DNA from: Hormiphora californensis
Lineage: Eukaryota > Animalia > Ctenophora
Reading direction: 5' to 3'
Assembly (NCBI GenBank): GCA_020137815.1
Contig: CM035352.1
Span: 2,232,001-2,296,000 of the forward strand
Length of the DNA: 64,000 nt
A model generated the notes under the pieces. The model ran no database searches. It saw only the letters and a list, made by a program, of their open reading frames with translations, and was not told where the DNA came from. This document shows, piece by piece, positions 1 through 13,895 of this stretch (positions are counted from its first letter, which is position 1; each line of letters begins with the position of its first letter). A program made the position numbers and the translations under genes.

Positions 1-3000
1 CTGACTTCTTAAAATACACCTTGATAACACCCTTAGAGAGACCCTGCATCTTCTCCTGGCTCCGTGTGATGTGTCTCTGGAGCAGGGTGAACCAGTGGAC
101 TCTGCTGACCTTGGAAGGGAAACTGAATATCACTCTGTGTAGGAGTTCATCGTCAACCGCAAAACCAATCCAAGTTGCCAGGAAGGCATTCTCAGGTCTC
201 TCAATGTGTTTGAATCCCGTACTATCTTTATACTCGCTGATACACATTTGTTTTAGTTTGACAACCCTCACAATTCTCATACTCCTGCCACGGACCTTGC
301 TGAAGATGAGCAACTGATCGAAAAGAAGGAGTTGGTATGTGTGGACCTCTGTTTCCCATCTCACTTTCACCTTTCCAATACTGTTCACATAATAGTCGGA
401 AGCATGGGTTGCTTTGGCAGCGTCCGGCCGTGGTGGTTTCACCCCTGTCAGAATGTTTACATGTTCTTCCTTCTTCAGGGCGTTCAAAATGTCTGGAGTT
501 AGTTCTGAGGCGTCATATTGATGGCCGCCTAACTCGAATTTCTCACTTGTAGTCGAGGTAGATGAGGTGGATGAGCGGTGATGATTGTTATTATTATTGG
601 ATCCACCGATCAGATCTGCAGATGTCCTGGATCGGTTAAAACTCTTCTTGATTTCCTTTCGTTTCCACCGTTTTCCCGTATCAGGTTCCTCGTGAAGAAG
701 TTTGATAAAGGTCGAGAATTCTCCTCCTGCAATATCTCCAAGCATTCCTTCAATCCGCCGGTATTCGTCAACCTGCAGTGTGCAATTAGTAAACCAAGTT
801 GGCTTCGTGTAGGGGTGACTGCGTCACCAATAAACCAAGCTACTCTCGGGATTCTCAAACCAGTAAGTAAACACAAACTCTAAATGATTTGCACCACCTA
901 GAATAACTGCATACCTCTCTCCGTCGGATAAGATCAGTGTAACTGTCAGGTAGGTTTTTTCCCCCCCCTTTTCTTGCTGCAAAAACCAAAATCGGGTTAA
1001 AATTAAATTGCTTGAGGGATTTTTCTAGAAACGCCTCAAAGAATTCTTTGTACCGTCGTAATCTTTCAATCTGAATGAAGGAGAAAATGGGAAAGTGAGA
1101 GGATTAAGAAAAAAATAAAAAGGAGAAGAGAGAGAAGAGAGAGAGGGGGAAGAAGGGGAAGGGGGGGCCCGAGGGGGGGGGAAGAGGGGAGGGGCCCCCC
1201 TTTTTTTTTGTTTTTTTTTTTTTCCCCCTTTTTTCCCTGTTTTTTTTTTTTTTTGCCCCCCCAGAAGACCTACAAAAAATTTTTTAATTCGGGGGTTCGT
1301 TATTTTTTCAACGATTGAGACAATTTTAAAATTTAAAATATTTTTCTCAAGGGTTGCAAAGGTTTTGAATAGACAGCACGCTAGGTTGGAATCGTAAGAG
1401 AGACCTGCGGGGAAACACGGGGGAAAAAAACCCCGGGGGAAGTCCGGGTTAAATGGCAATTGTTGGGTACCAAGCATAAAAATAAATGGGGGGGGGGCGG
1501 ACTCTAATAAAAGGGTCTCTTTGCCTACAAACCCAAAGAGGGTTTTAGGTCTAAACCAGTTTTATATTAGTCCCCCCGATTTAAGTGGTATCCAAAAAGG
1601 GGGGGAAAAAATGGACAAAGGGTCCCACAAATGGATCAAAAATTTTATTTTATTTGGAAAAAAATTTGCCATAAATTGCAAAAAAACGGGGGGCCAAAAA
1701 AGGCGGTCCACTGTGTTTTGTAAGTTTTAATCTTTAAAACCCCCACTAACTTTGAAATGAATTCCAAAGGATATTTATTTTTTGAAAGGGGAATAGCGGC
1801 AAATCTAAAACGTTATTTTTTTGTTATCAATAAATTTGTTGATTGTTATTGAAAACCTTTTTTATTGCCCTAAAATAGCACTGGATGGGGATGATACGGC
1901 AGTTTTCAAACAAACAACCGATTCTCTAAATTTGTATGGAATTTCCTTTCTCCTTTCTTCCTCTTCTCTCCTCTCCTTTTCCCTTTTTCACTCACCGGCA
2001 GAAAATTTAATTTTTAAAAAGAATTTTTTGGGTCCCCCCTTTTTGGAGGGGGGGCCGGAAATTTAACCTTTTTTTTTTTTTTGAAAATGCCTGGGGGGTA
2101 ACGAAAATTTTAAATCAATGGAGTAATAAAAATCTTCTTAGTCAACTCCCCTTTCAGAAAAATGTGGGTTTATTTAAAGAAAAAAAAAAAAAAGTAAATC
2201 GGGGAAACTAGAAAAAAGTTTTAAAACATTTTATTCTAAAAATGTCGAAAATTGAAGGAAATTAACCCACGGGCCTTCCCTTTTTACTCTTCTACAATAC
2301 CAATTACCTTTGGGTACCCAGTCCGGGATTTTGGGTTGTTAAACTAACCCCCTAAAAAAAACGGATATTAATTAAATTGTTGTTAAATCGCCTTTTTTAA
2401 AACCCGTATTCCTATTTTCCACAAACAATTGAAGATTTTTAAAAAGGGTTTGCCCCCGCTTCCCATAAATCTTGTTGGTTTTTTTTTTTTTGGAAAACGT
2501 GCCCTATGGTTTTAAGTATAAATAAAGGGTATTAGGGGGGTAATGCAAAAAGGGCAATCCTTCGAGAAATCAATATTTTTTTTTTTTAACCCCTTTGTGG
2601 TCAAAAGAAAAAAAAGGACAAATAGTTTTTTAAAAAAACCAAAACCCCTTTTTTAAAGTTTAAAATTTTTCTTTACGCTTTTCAATTAGTGGGAAAAAAT
2701 ATTGTACATAAAGATAAAACGAGATCCGGGTACGGGTACGGGGGATAAGCAACCCAAAAGACTCATGTTGGTGCTGCCGTACCCACTTTAAAATTAAATT
2801 TTAGCCTCGCAGAGAGAGAAAAGGAGAGAAAAAAAAGAGGAAAAAAAGGAGAGAGGGAAGAGAGAGAGAAAGGGGAAAAGAAAAGAAACCCCCTTTTGGG
2901 GGGTTTTCCTTTCCCCCAAAATTTCCCCCCCCTTTTCCCCTTTTTGCTTCTTCTCCTTTCTCTCCTCTCCCTCCCCCTCTTTTTTCCCCTTTTCCTCCCT

Positions 3001-6000
3001 TGTCCCTTTCCTCGCTCTCCTCCTTTCTTCCCCTTTTTTTCCCCCCCCCCACCCCCCTTTCCCCCCTTTTTCCCCCTCCCCCTCCCCTTTTTTCCCCCTT
3101 TTCCCCCCCCCCCCCGCCCCCGGGCCCGGGGGCCCCCCCCCTTTTCCCCGCCCCCCGGGGCCCCCCCCCCCTTTTCCCCCCCGGGGGAAAAAAAGGGGGG
3201 GGGGGGCCCCCAAAACCCCCCCCCCTTTTTTTTCCCTTTTTTTCCTTAAGCTTCCCCCTTTCTTTGGGGGGGGCCCCCAAGGCAAAAATTTAAAAAGAAA
3301 TTTTCAAAAAACCCCCCAAAGGGGGGGAAAAAAACCCCTTTTAAAGGAGTTTCACTAAAGGGTGGTATTTTAAAAGGCGGTTTAAAAACCAAAAACCCCC
3401 GGGAAATAAATTTAAAATTAACCCCCCCTTTATAATTTGGAATTTTTAAAAAGGGTCAAAAGACCGCTTTAAAACCCCCGGGGGGGGGGGAAAAAAAAGA
3501 AAAAAAGGGGAAAAGAGGAAAGGGGGAAAAAAAAGGGGGAAAATGAAAATTGGAAAAAGGAAAGGGGGAAAAGGGGAAAGTTGCAGGGTTTCCCCTTTTT
3601 TCCCCTTTTTCCCCCCCCCCCCCCAAAAAATCCAAAAAAAAGGGGGGAAAATACCCTTAAAACCCGGGAATCCTTAAAACCCGGGGTTTTCCCCCCTTCT
3701 TTAAACCCCCCAAAATTCGTCCATTTTTACAACCCCAATTAAATAAAAAAGGGGTAGAAAAGGCCTTTTACTAGGACCCCCGGTTTCCACGCCCTTCAAA
3801 AAAACCCAAAAAAAATTTTTTTCCCCACCCCCTTTTTTTTTTTTGGGGTTTTTCACCCCTTGGGGCCCTTTCTTGCCGCCCCTTTCCCTTCCCTCTTTTT
3901 CCCCCCTCTTCTCCCTTTTTCCCCAAAACCCTTTTTGGTTTAAAAAATTTTTTTAAATTAAAATTTTCTGGAGTTTTAACGTTCTCAATTAAAAATTTTT
4001 TTAAAAATTTTTTTTAAAAGAAAAAGGTCCAAAATAAAATGTAAGCTTTTAAATTTTTAAGTGAAAAAAAGAGGGTTTTTTTATTTAAAATTCCCCCTTT
4101 TTTGCCCCATATTTTGTAAAAAATTAAACCCCCTTTTTTTAAAATAATTTTTCCCCCCCTTTTTCCCTTTTAAAATTTTCCCCCCCTTTTTTTAAAATTA
4201 AAAAAAAATTTATCTAAAAGGGGAAAAAGGGGTACCCCCACCCCAAGTTTTTTCAAAGTAAGGAAACGTTCTAAGATAAAAGGATACCAAAAGAAAAAAA
4301 ATGGCCGGAAAAGGGTTTAAATATAAAAAATGGGAATTTGGGAATAAAAGAAAAGAAAAGGGGGAAAGGGGGGGGGAAAGAAAGAGGGGAAAAGGGGGAA
4401 AAAAATGGGGGTTAAAAAAAGGGGTAGAAAAGGAAAAAAAAAGGGGAAAAAAAGGGGAAAACCGGGGGAAAAAACCCCCCCCCAAAAATCCAAATTAAAA
4501 AAAATTAAAATTCTTAAAAAAAAAACGGGAAAATTTTAAAAAGGGGGCCCCCCCAAAAAAAAAAAAAAAAGGGGGGGGCAAAAAAAAAAAAACCTGCCTT
4601 TTTGGGGGAAATGCTTTTAAAAATTTTAAAGGGGTTTTTTAAAGTTTAACTCTTTTTTTTTTCTTTTTTTGGTTTTCACTATCACTATCTCGGCATGTTT
4701 ATGAGCAATACTTCTCTCACCTTCATGTACTTATAGACACTCACATGCGGAAACAGCTGCTAGAGCGAGAGATCAATCAAAAAAGAGAAAAGTTACTGCT
4801 TAGATCCATCTCTCCTTAGTCCAACGAGATATTTGTCACACTTTTTAGTAAAATGATGACAAGAAAGTGTACAATAATACATACATGCACAGGTGCTCAA
4901 AAAGCGTGTGGGGAAGGAAATTAAGTTACCCTGGCAACTTCAGAGTCCCATACTCTAACCACAGCCAGAAATAGCGTTATACACGCGGCAAAGAATGTAT
5001 TCATACTTCATACCCCATTGTATTAATACTTCATACCCCAATTCATGACTATCTATGTCAAGGGGTTGGAAGAAAGCTTTGGAGTTTTGGATAGTTGACA
5101 TAGTCAGCACATAGTTAAAAGAAGATGCGGTTAGAATGATCTCACCAAATAACCAATTGGTTATCATTGTACGACAACCGATTAACCGGAATGCAACATA
5201 TTTTCACCATGCAGCGACAACTAACTAACCGTAGTGCGGATTCGATGTTGATTGAAAAATATCCGTAGAGATCCCAAAACTCAGCGTTTTCCAAAAATAC
5301 ATCTCCTGAAAAAAAGAGGGATTATACCCGTTGTAGAGATGAGAGGTCCCCCTTTCTCTTTCTCTCTCCTGGGATGTTCTCTCACAGACTGTCGCAACCT
5401 CAGTAAGAGAAGGTGCACTGTTTTGACTCACCAACTTTTGAAGTTTCTTCACTCCAGTCGGTTAATCGTTTATCGAACTATAGCGGGAGAGAGAGAGAGG
5501 AATCAGATCAGACTATATAGAATTAGGAATTCAAGTTACTGCAGTCAACGTATCGCAACAAAGTTGTTGAGTAAAAGGGTGGTTGCACAAAAAAAAACAT
5601 TAAATGAACAAATATAAAAGTGTGAGTGAGACACGCACAAGACCATGGTTTGAAATGTGTTTCTGTTTTACAGGGGAAGCGAATCATTAATCAAATTATA
5701 TTTTACAGTGTTCAGGTTCTCCCATTTGTGAGCCCCTCTCTCTCGTAATCTCGATATCGTTATTTTGTGCTTTCCCTCCGTCTCACAACCCTCTCTTCCA
5801 TGACACCCTATCGCCCTTTCTCACTCTCACAATCTCTCTTATATTTCCCTCCCCTTCTTCTATTCCTCTGTATAATATCTCTCCCTCTCCAGTCTCCAGC
5901 CAGACAGGAAATAGAAATTGGTTGGTGATTCATGCGGGGGCGGGTCTGCGAGGCATCACCTTTCTACTGCTGCAGCAGTTGAGAGTGACATGAGAGATAC

Positions 6001-6911
6001 TAGAAGTTAGACGACAAATAAATATTCAACGCCGGGGGGGGGGAGTATAAAATTTTGTTGATGTTTTTATGATGAATTGAAGATTTAATTATGACTTCTA
6101 CAGATTGTGAATAATCCTTATTAATATGCCAGCGGGGGAGGCCGAGGAGGATCACGGACAGCATAAAATTTACAATTACATTGAAATTTACAAATCCTGC
6201 AGCAACTTGACGAAACAATATTTAATTTTGGTTGTTCACTTTGAGTTTTTGATAAACACGCTGAAGAATTAAAGGGCATATAGTCGAAGTGTGTCCCTTA
6301 AAATGATTACCTTTGAATACAGATCCTGTGATACTAGTATTATTTCCTTGATTTTCGTCAGAAGCATCTTTTCCAAATCAACACTAGTCGTCACATAGGT
6401 CCTGGAAAACAAATAATCATGTGAATAATATAACGGAAGGGATCCACAAGATCCCTGGTACTCAACTGCAAGTGGTCATGGAACTGATCAGGATCTGCAA
6501 CCAGCTGCAACAGAAACTCATTGCATATTTTCCCGCTGGTTGATCATTGCGCGACAGGCGCGCGAACCCGACATCATGTTCCCAAAGCGTTATGTACATC
6601 GCGCGTTACTGCAAGTGAGAGAGGTGGAGTTCTTCATTTATAACGCGGTTTTTGAGGCTCGCCTCGAATATTATATGGTGACATTAAACATGTAAAAGTT
6701 GACACTTACTTTAAATGTAATATGTAGAGATCAGATAGGGCATTTAGTTTTAGGAAATAGCTTTTCTCCGATTGTTGCAAGTCCAAGACACACTGGTGAA
6801 GGCCTGGAAACAAAACGTTAGTTCTATATGGAGCTGAAATAGTCTGGTGGAATATATAAATACCGCATAATATTAATTATAAAGAATATATTTACCGGCA
6901 CCACCTCCCAT
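1..6911 (-). CDS. Multi-exon Rho-regulator-like gene: Dbl-homology-like N-terminus plus PH domain (3' partial; middle exons probably lost in the corrupted block)
   Basis: Phase-consistent GT-AG exons 6911-6896, 6803-6710, 6401-6311 give MGGGAGLHQCVLDLQQSEKSYFLKLNALSDLYILHLKTYVTTSVDLEKMLLTKIKEIILVSQDLYSK (resembles the first DH helix ELxxTExxYxxxL). Exon 772-1 is open to the window edge: VDEYRRIEGMLG...YQLLLFDQLLIFSKVRG...VIFSFPSKVSRVHWFTLLQRHI, a PH fold with the C-terminal Trp helix, reminiscent of the ARHGAP20/RhoGEF type. Linkage of the two parts is inferred. Confidence 0.62.
950..4670. other. Homopolymer-inflated low-quality sequence (assembly/read artefact)
   Basis: Almost every base sits in A/C/G/T runs with abrupt transitions to normal sequence on both sides; ORFs here are G/K/P/F low-complexity strings. 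Confidence 0.9.
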
Positions 6912-7027
6912 CTCTTTGTGAAGGATCTATGACGATTGGAAGGAGTAACTGCAATTCCGATGGGTGGATTCTATTTGGACATTTGACCACCTAACTAGAC
7001 TGTAACAGGGGGAGAGTTATATAGTAC

Positions 7028-7193
7028 ATAACGTTCTGCACGCAGTGCAAGCGCGCCATATACGCTCTGCACTGCAGAGCGTATATGGAGGTGAAATGCA
7101 CGACAGCGAAGCTGGAGTGCATTTCACACCTATATTGCACGAGTGAAACGAGTGCGATATAGGAACGCTTGCACATGCCGTGCAGGACGTTAT
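7028..7193. mobile_element. Cloverleaf-forming short element, possibly a non-autonomous Crypton-like repeat
   Basis: Outer stem 7028-7053/7166-7193 encloses three hairpins (7056-7088, 7091-7127, 7129-7163). A related degenerate sequence lies at ~7595-7695. Family assignment is by resemblance only. Confidence 0.45.
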
Positions 7194-7921
7194 TGAGTAT
7201 ATATTCCGCGAGAAAACACATGACAAGCAAAACAATCATAATATTGGGTGATTACACACAGAGAGATGTGACAAAACAAAGCACAAACTAAGCAAAACAC
7301 ACTCAAAAATACTAACAGACACTACTGCAACTCTTACACACAAGGGGAACAAGTTCTGGCACGTTTTAACAATGGAATGAAGAGAGGGATAAAGAGAGAG
7401 ATACGAGAGAGGGAGATTGGAATTCTTGGAAATAGTGAACAACAAAACATGATAAGGGGATAATTAGTGAGAGAAAGAGAGAGAGAGTGAGTGTAAAATG
7501 TGTTGTGTGGTACCTTGTCAGTCATATTCTGTGTGTTTGTGTGTGAATAAGGTGTAAAAACACTGAGGGGACACTGTTCTTACTTATATCCCGCTACCCC
7601 TATATCTGCACGCTCCCGCGGAAGCAGAGTGCATATTTCACCGTGCAAATGGTCGCGCGAAGCGGGAGTGATATGTGCACTCGCGGTATATATATTCTGT
7701 AAGAAAGGGAGTGGGAACGAGAGCTGCATTTTTATATATCAACAATATTTGCAAGTTTAACATTCAACATGTTTATCCTTTTATCATACAGCCAAACCTC
7801 GATCTACCGTCTACCTCGATTAATCGGGCGGATAAATTTCCCCCAATAGAGAAAATTAGTGACCTCTATTTACCGTTTGCCTCGAACGCAATGATCCTGG
7901 TAAATCGAGTTTAGCTGCAGA

Positions 7922-8111
7922 TACAGTCGGACCCCGATTTAGTGGCACCCCGACTTAGTGGCAGGATTTTTTCCCCCGATATAGGAAATTAACATTATTT
8001 GACCCCGATTTAGTGGCACCCCGATTTAGTGGCAGGATTTTTTTCCCGCGAGGATGCCACTAAATCGGGGTGCCACGAAATCGGGGGCCGCTAAATCGGG
8101 GTCCGACTGTA
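7922..8111. mobile_element. Tc1/mariner-pogo-type MITE
   Basis: TA-cagtcggaccccgatttag ... ctaaatcggggtccgactg-TA terminal inverted repeats with internal ccccgatttagtggca sub-repeats. A decayed relative abuts it at ~7787-7920. Confidence 0.85.
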
Positions 8112-8701
8112 GTAAGGGACTAAAGCGTGGTACTGCAGGTAGAAAGAATGCATTATAAAAATCGATGTAAGATCATATTTCTACATTAAAATCATAAAGT
8201 TCTGCTTTCCCCTTTTCGTGAAAAAAATCATTATCCCGTTCTCTGTGATTAATTCTAGTGCATTAAGCTTTTTAAAATTCTGATTAAAACGATATATTCG
8301 TCACATTGCATGCATGCATCCCTCAACTTTTCTATTCTTTTCCAACCTCTAAAAGGCTAAAATTAATATAGATTTAGAGAAAGAAGTAGAGCTAGACAAA
8401 ACTAGGAGAATTTAAAGGATGCCGTCACACTGAGGAAATAGGGCAGACTGAATATTCTATGAGCTACTACTAATATAGTACTAGCATAAGAGATTGTAGA
8501 TAGTATTTAGTGGCCAAAAGGTATTCGAGTAGTGCTGCTACTAAAATATACTGGAATGGTGTGTTGAAAAACTGATATAATTATGAAACTTTCCTTTTTG
8601 GAACAACTGTAATATGTTGTACTGTATGCAGAGTTAAAAATACATTGCCATCACAATATGTAGCACGTACAAAAACACGCTGGTCCTTTGAAAGGCCCCC
8701 C

Positions 8702-8750
8702 CCCCACACAACACCGATGAAAGAACTCCTTTCATCGGTGTTGTGTGGGG
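8702..8750. repeat. Perfect 22-bp hairpin with 5-nt loop
   Basis: ccccacacaacaccgatgaaag-aactc-ctttcatcggtgttgtgtgggg. Confidence 0.9.
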
Positions 8751-9599
8751 TAGGGGTGTTCATCACAATTTCAGGATTGAAGAGAGAGATATGACACCAT
8801 GATGGTGACGTGATAGTACTAGACAGAAGGTACACCATATAATAACTTGTACAGCTCCCCCGTACCGCCCCATGACGAATCTTGCAATGGATACCATTCT
8901 TGTAGGCATTGCATGGTAAATTATTGCTTTGGAAAAACTCGTACTCACTCTAAATGATTCATCAAGATGAGGTAGAGAGGGATTTAGTTTTGATTATATG
9001 ACCTACATTATGACCTATATTATTATATTATACCGTTACACACACACACACACGCCCTTCAAAATACTAGTTATAGGGGGAACTGACAGCCAAGCTTAAT
9101 TGATTGTGAATGTAGTCATAAATATAGAATGTAGTCATTTATAGAGATATGCGCAAGAAAATAATTGGGACTTGGTGACGCAGCACACTAGCAGCCACTC
9201 GATGCTATAAATAATAAGTGGTTATATTATTGAGCATGTCTCTTATGTTGTTGAGAATTTGTGCACAAATATATGCAAGAAGATATTCCTGTCTCTAAAC
9301 TACTAAATCAACTACTCAACAAGTTTATTGGCTCGTGGGAGCGAAACATAATATTTGAGTGCACTCGAGTGGCGATTTAATATGTTGATCATAAAAAGTG
9401 GTATGTAAAGAAGGGGCAAACATGGATGTTTCTTGACAATGGGAGAAACAGTCATGTCAAAGCTGGCATAATTACAAACTTGACATTCAAATCAGAGAAC
9501 GCGAAAAGGTCTAATTTAGATTCGCTCTATGCACTTTTAAACTACAGAAACGTAATCTAGAAAGAGAGAAAGGGAGAGAGAGAAAGGGGGAGAGAGGGG

Positions 9600-9705
<106 letters not shown>

Positions 9706-11251
9706 TAGACGGAGAGATAGAGGGAGAGATAGAGGGAGAAAGAGTGTGTGTATAGACATTGAGAATTGACAAGAACGTTGACAGGATATAATTGAAAAGA
9801 GGGGCGCAAGTATCTAACTATTCCATGATCTATTAAGAAGATAAACCCCAATCATAACCTCGGAGCTATCGCATATCATGGGTGGGAACCAGTAGTTTGA
9901 AGTAAAGTCTTCATTTAACCAGTACGTATATATTCGAAACATTTAACTGCAGTGGACTTTCACTTTCAGCTCTTGCTATTCGTTTTCACTTTCTCACATT
10001 GTAACCACCATGTACCACACGAACTACTCTCCTACTGCAGTTGTAAAGTAAAACCCAAACTATGTAAAAAGACCCTCGTCCCTCATTTGGGTTTTGTGAA
10101 ATTTCCCACGGTCATAGATCCACCCCCAAATAGCTTTACGTTTTAAATCAAATTAGGTGGTTAAAACAAAGTTATGCTTTGCAGAATCGCTAAAGCTCCA
10201 TGCTGGGGATCCCTGGGAGTTAACTCAGGTAACACACTGATCAGATATAAACATGAAATGATACCAAGGCAAAACGTCCATATAATACTAGATATCAACT
10301 ATGAATTATCAAATCAAGATGTCACAATGTTGATCAAGATTGAAGATTTAAAAAGATAATAAAGATGCTGATGAACCCAATTTGGGATATGGTAAGAAAG
10401 AATTTGATGATCAATTATTATATGGGCCGAGGTATAGATGATAATATGATCGGGAGAGGGCTCTTAACTCATCTCGATATAATATGTTTCCCACACCCCT
10501 TATTCCTTCCTCTCCATTTAGTTGTCCCTTCTAATGAGTCCATCTGTCCTATCCTTCCCTCCCTTTCCTCCCTCCCTTTCTTCCCTCCCCCTCTTTCTAT
10601 CTCTCTCTCACAATCTCTCTTGTTCTTTCTATCTCTAGCTCTATCCGTTTTTTGTTTATCTCCCTCCCATCATATCAATATAATAGGAAGTATCGGACAT
10701 AGAGATTTTTTGTATACAGAGTACAGACTCCTTGCAAATCAGGTTGCGACTCAGATCAGACCTTTTTTAGTTCACAGAGTACGAACAGTATAACTGCGGA
10801 CACACGCATACAGATTACAGGAACTCTTTTTGATAGTTTAACTGGAAGATTTTTAATAAACAAAAGTCATAGTTAATTAAGCACCTTTCCATGTAATGTT
10901 CTAATCTTCCTTTACAAATAAGTTTCGTCGTGGGAGCGGGGGAGAGATAGTCGAGCAAGTCACCATACAACTTTGATGTAGAAGGTTTTTCTGTTGTGTT
11001 TGTACAAATGGAATTTTAATGAGGCCAAACATTTCAATTAGGACACGCTTCCGCAGTGCAGTTGCCACAGACAATTGTGGAGAACAAACAAATAGCAGAC
11101 AAAGAAATATTTAGGAAATATTTAGAAAAGAAAAAATCGTGAAGGACATAATGAATTGTTTGACAGGAAAAAATATAGGTATGAAGAAACAATGTGGAAG
11201 AGACATATTTTATATCGAGAGAGAAATAAATAGGGAGAGAGGGATAGAGAG

Positions 11252-11254
<3 letters not shown>

Positions 11255-11350
<96 letters not shown>

Positions 11351-11505
11351 CAGAGAGAAAGAGAGAGACAAAGGGGATGTGGGGAAGAAAAACCGGCGTG
11401 AGGTCTGAGTGTGGAAGTATACACGTGAAATGCACGCAACAAAATTAGACAAACACACACTCACTTACTTAGAGAAGGAGATTTATAGAAGGGAGAATGG
11501 AGAGT

Positions 11506-11579
<74 letters not shown>
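11255..11579. repeat. Two (GA)n microsatellite tracts
   Basis: Interrupted GA/GACA tract ~11255-11370 and pure tract ~11511-11579. Confidence 0.95.
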
Positions 11580-11581
<2 letters not shown>

Positions 11582-12619
11582 CAGCAACAAAACAATAGAA
11601 GTAGTCAGTCTCAGACGTAATATGAACTAATGACGAGGGAAGCGTTTAGATGTCCTATAATACGGTGTGCTTTGCTGGTTCTAAGGGGGCACGAGTGGGG
11701 GGAGGCACAGAGCTCCTATCCGACGAAGGAACTGTTTTTTGGAAGCTGGAAAGATAATGATCGTAACAATTGAGATAGGGGAACTAAGAATCATAGCATA
11801 TATTAACGAATATTCTCGAAAAACAAGGCCTACTACTATACCCAGAACTTTGCATCAAACAAATGCTGTACTAACAACTACACCGCACTGTGCGAGCTGT
11901 AAATCTTTACAGGGGGGTAAAGTAATAACTGGGAGTGTGTAAATCTGGTATTGGATATACGATTCTATCACACGATTCTATGGGAACCTGTCAGAGCATT
12001 GGCCTGACAGATGGGAACAAAAAATGTCGAGGCCCTGATTTTATAATCATGTACAGTGAGAGTCTGTTTAAACTGTGCTACTGCAGTTCCTCTACTACGT
12101 GTAGCTTGCTAATTAGACACTTTGTGTGGCTGGGAGCCTGACATCCGACACTATCTCAGAAGTCAGAAGGGATGGTATCTTTATAAAGTCTGGGTGTATT
12201 TTATATGAAGTGGGCGACCCCACATGAGACGTTATCTGCACACTGGACGCTGATAGAATATCATGGCGATAAAAAAGGTATTTATATCCCCTGAGATAAA
12301 ATCTTCGCGAGTCATTAGAAGTCCATAAAAAATATAATCTATTGTATTCAGACGTATGTGTTTCAACTTTCAAAGCGGTTCAAAGCAGTCGGTTGATATA
12401 ATATCGTTGGATAAAAAGAAACGGTGGCGAGTGAGAGATATGAATATGTTTGTCATGAAACCAGCTTCTTACCACAAGCAGGTTGTGTGTGTGTACGTTT
12501 TAATTCAGTTTGGTACCACTACACTTCCTACCAGAAAGCCACAAAAACTGAGCGAAATAATACTATGCACAGGTAGACGTATATAGAGTGACAAGAAAGA
12601 GGGAGATAGAGAGAGAGAG

Positions 12620-12656
<37 letters not shown>

Positions 12657-13204
12657 CGAGAAGAGAAAAAAAGGAACTCCTTGTCAAATGTCATATATAT
12701 GAGGCTCAGCAAGTGCCACAATAAACGTAGGCGGTGTATCCCCCTCCCTTTTTCTCCCGATCTCTTTACTATAATAATTCAACCTGTTTTTCTGTGTTTC
12801 CTTTCTCTCACTCCCTATTTTCTCTCTTTCCATCAGCAGCTGAGGTTCTCCCAAAATAAGCTCCATGCAACATGCAGCATATAAACAGGTGCTGCAATCA
12901 GATAGTCTCCATCTGTTCTACTCTCATGTCTTCTCTCGCTGTACTATACCATAAATAAATCAAGCCAAGTTCAACCCAGTTCCTTCTCTGGTCAAGGTCA
13001 TTTGTCAATCAACACAGGATCTTATTCTTTGAAGTTTGAAGCAAACATGTCTATATATCTCCCTCTCTCACACAGTCTCTCTCTATCTTTCTCTATCATT
13101 CTGTATCTATCCCACTCACGAAATGTCACAACTCTTTCTGTATCTCACCTTACTGGTCGACTACACTGCAACGACGTGATGCATTCTGACACTTTATCAT
13201 TATA

Positions 13205-13237
<33 letters not shown>

Positions 13238-13591
13238 ACTCTCTCTCTCACACTCACACTCCTACCTTTTTCTTCCATCTTTCTCACTTTCGTCGCTTCT
13301 ACTTAGTTCGATATCGGTTGTATCTTCAATAACACTTCAGAAAAGTCTTCTTTTCTCCATCTCTCTCTCTCACGTTTCTCGGTCTCTCTCCCTCCTTCAT
13401 TTGTCTCCCTCTCTCATCGTTCCTCCTTCACGTCTCTCCCTCCCGTATCCTCTCTCTCTCCTTCACGTCTCTTATTCAAGTCTCTATCTCTCTCTCCCTG
13501 GAGAGAGGGTGATGGAGCCCCGTGTTGGGTGATGACAACACTGTGTACAGTACACCGAGAGAGCTGTTACTCGTGTTTTGTTCTCAGCACC

Positions 13592-13746
<155 letters not shown>

Positions 13747-13895
13747 AGATAGAGTGTGCTGTAGTTATACACGTGTTCACTACTAGTACTCCCGCTGGGT
13801 CATGATTATGGTAATCAATATACCAGCCACCAACAATCGAGTAGTGAACTACTTCTTGAATATATATTGAGTAGTAAATTACTTCTAGAACATAG

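Noticed and set aside
1025-4498. G/K/P/F-rich ORFs
   Set aside because: Products of homopolymer-corrupted sequence.
7028-7193. tRNA gene
   Set aside because: About twice tRNA length, stems too long, no TTCG T-loop or A/B boxes.
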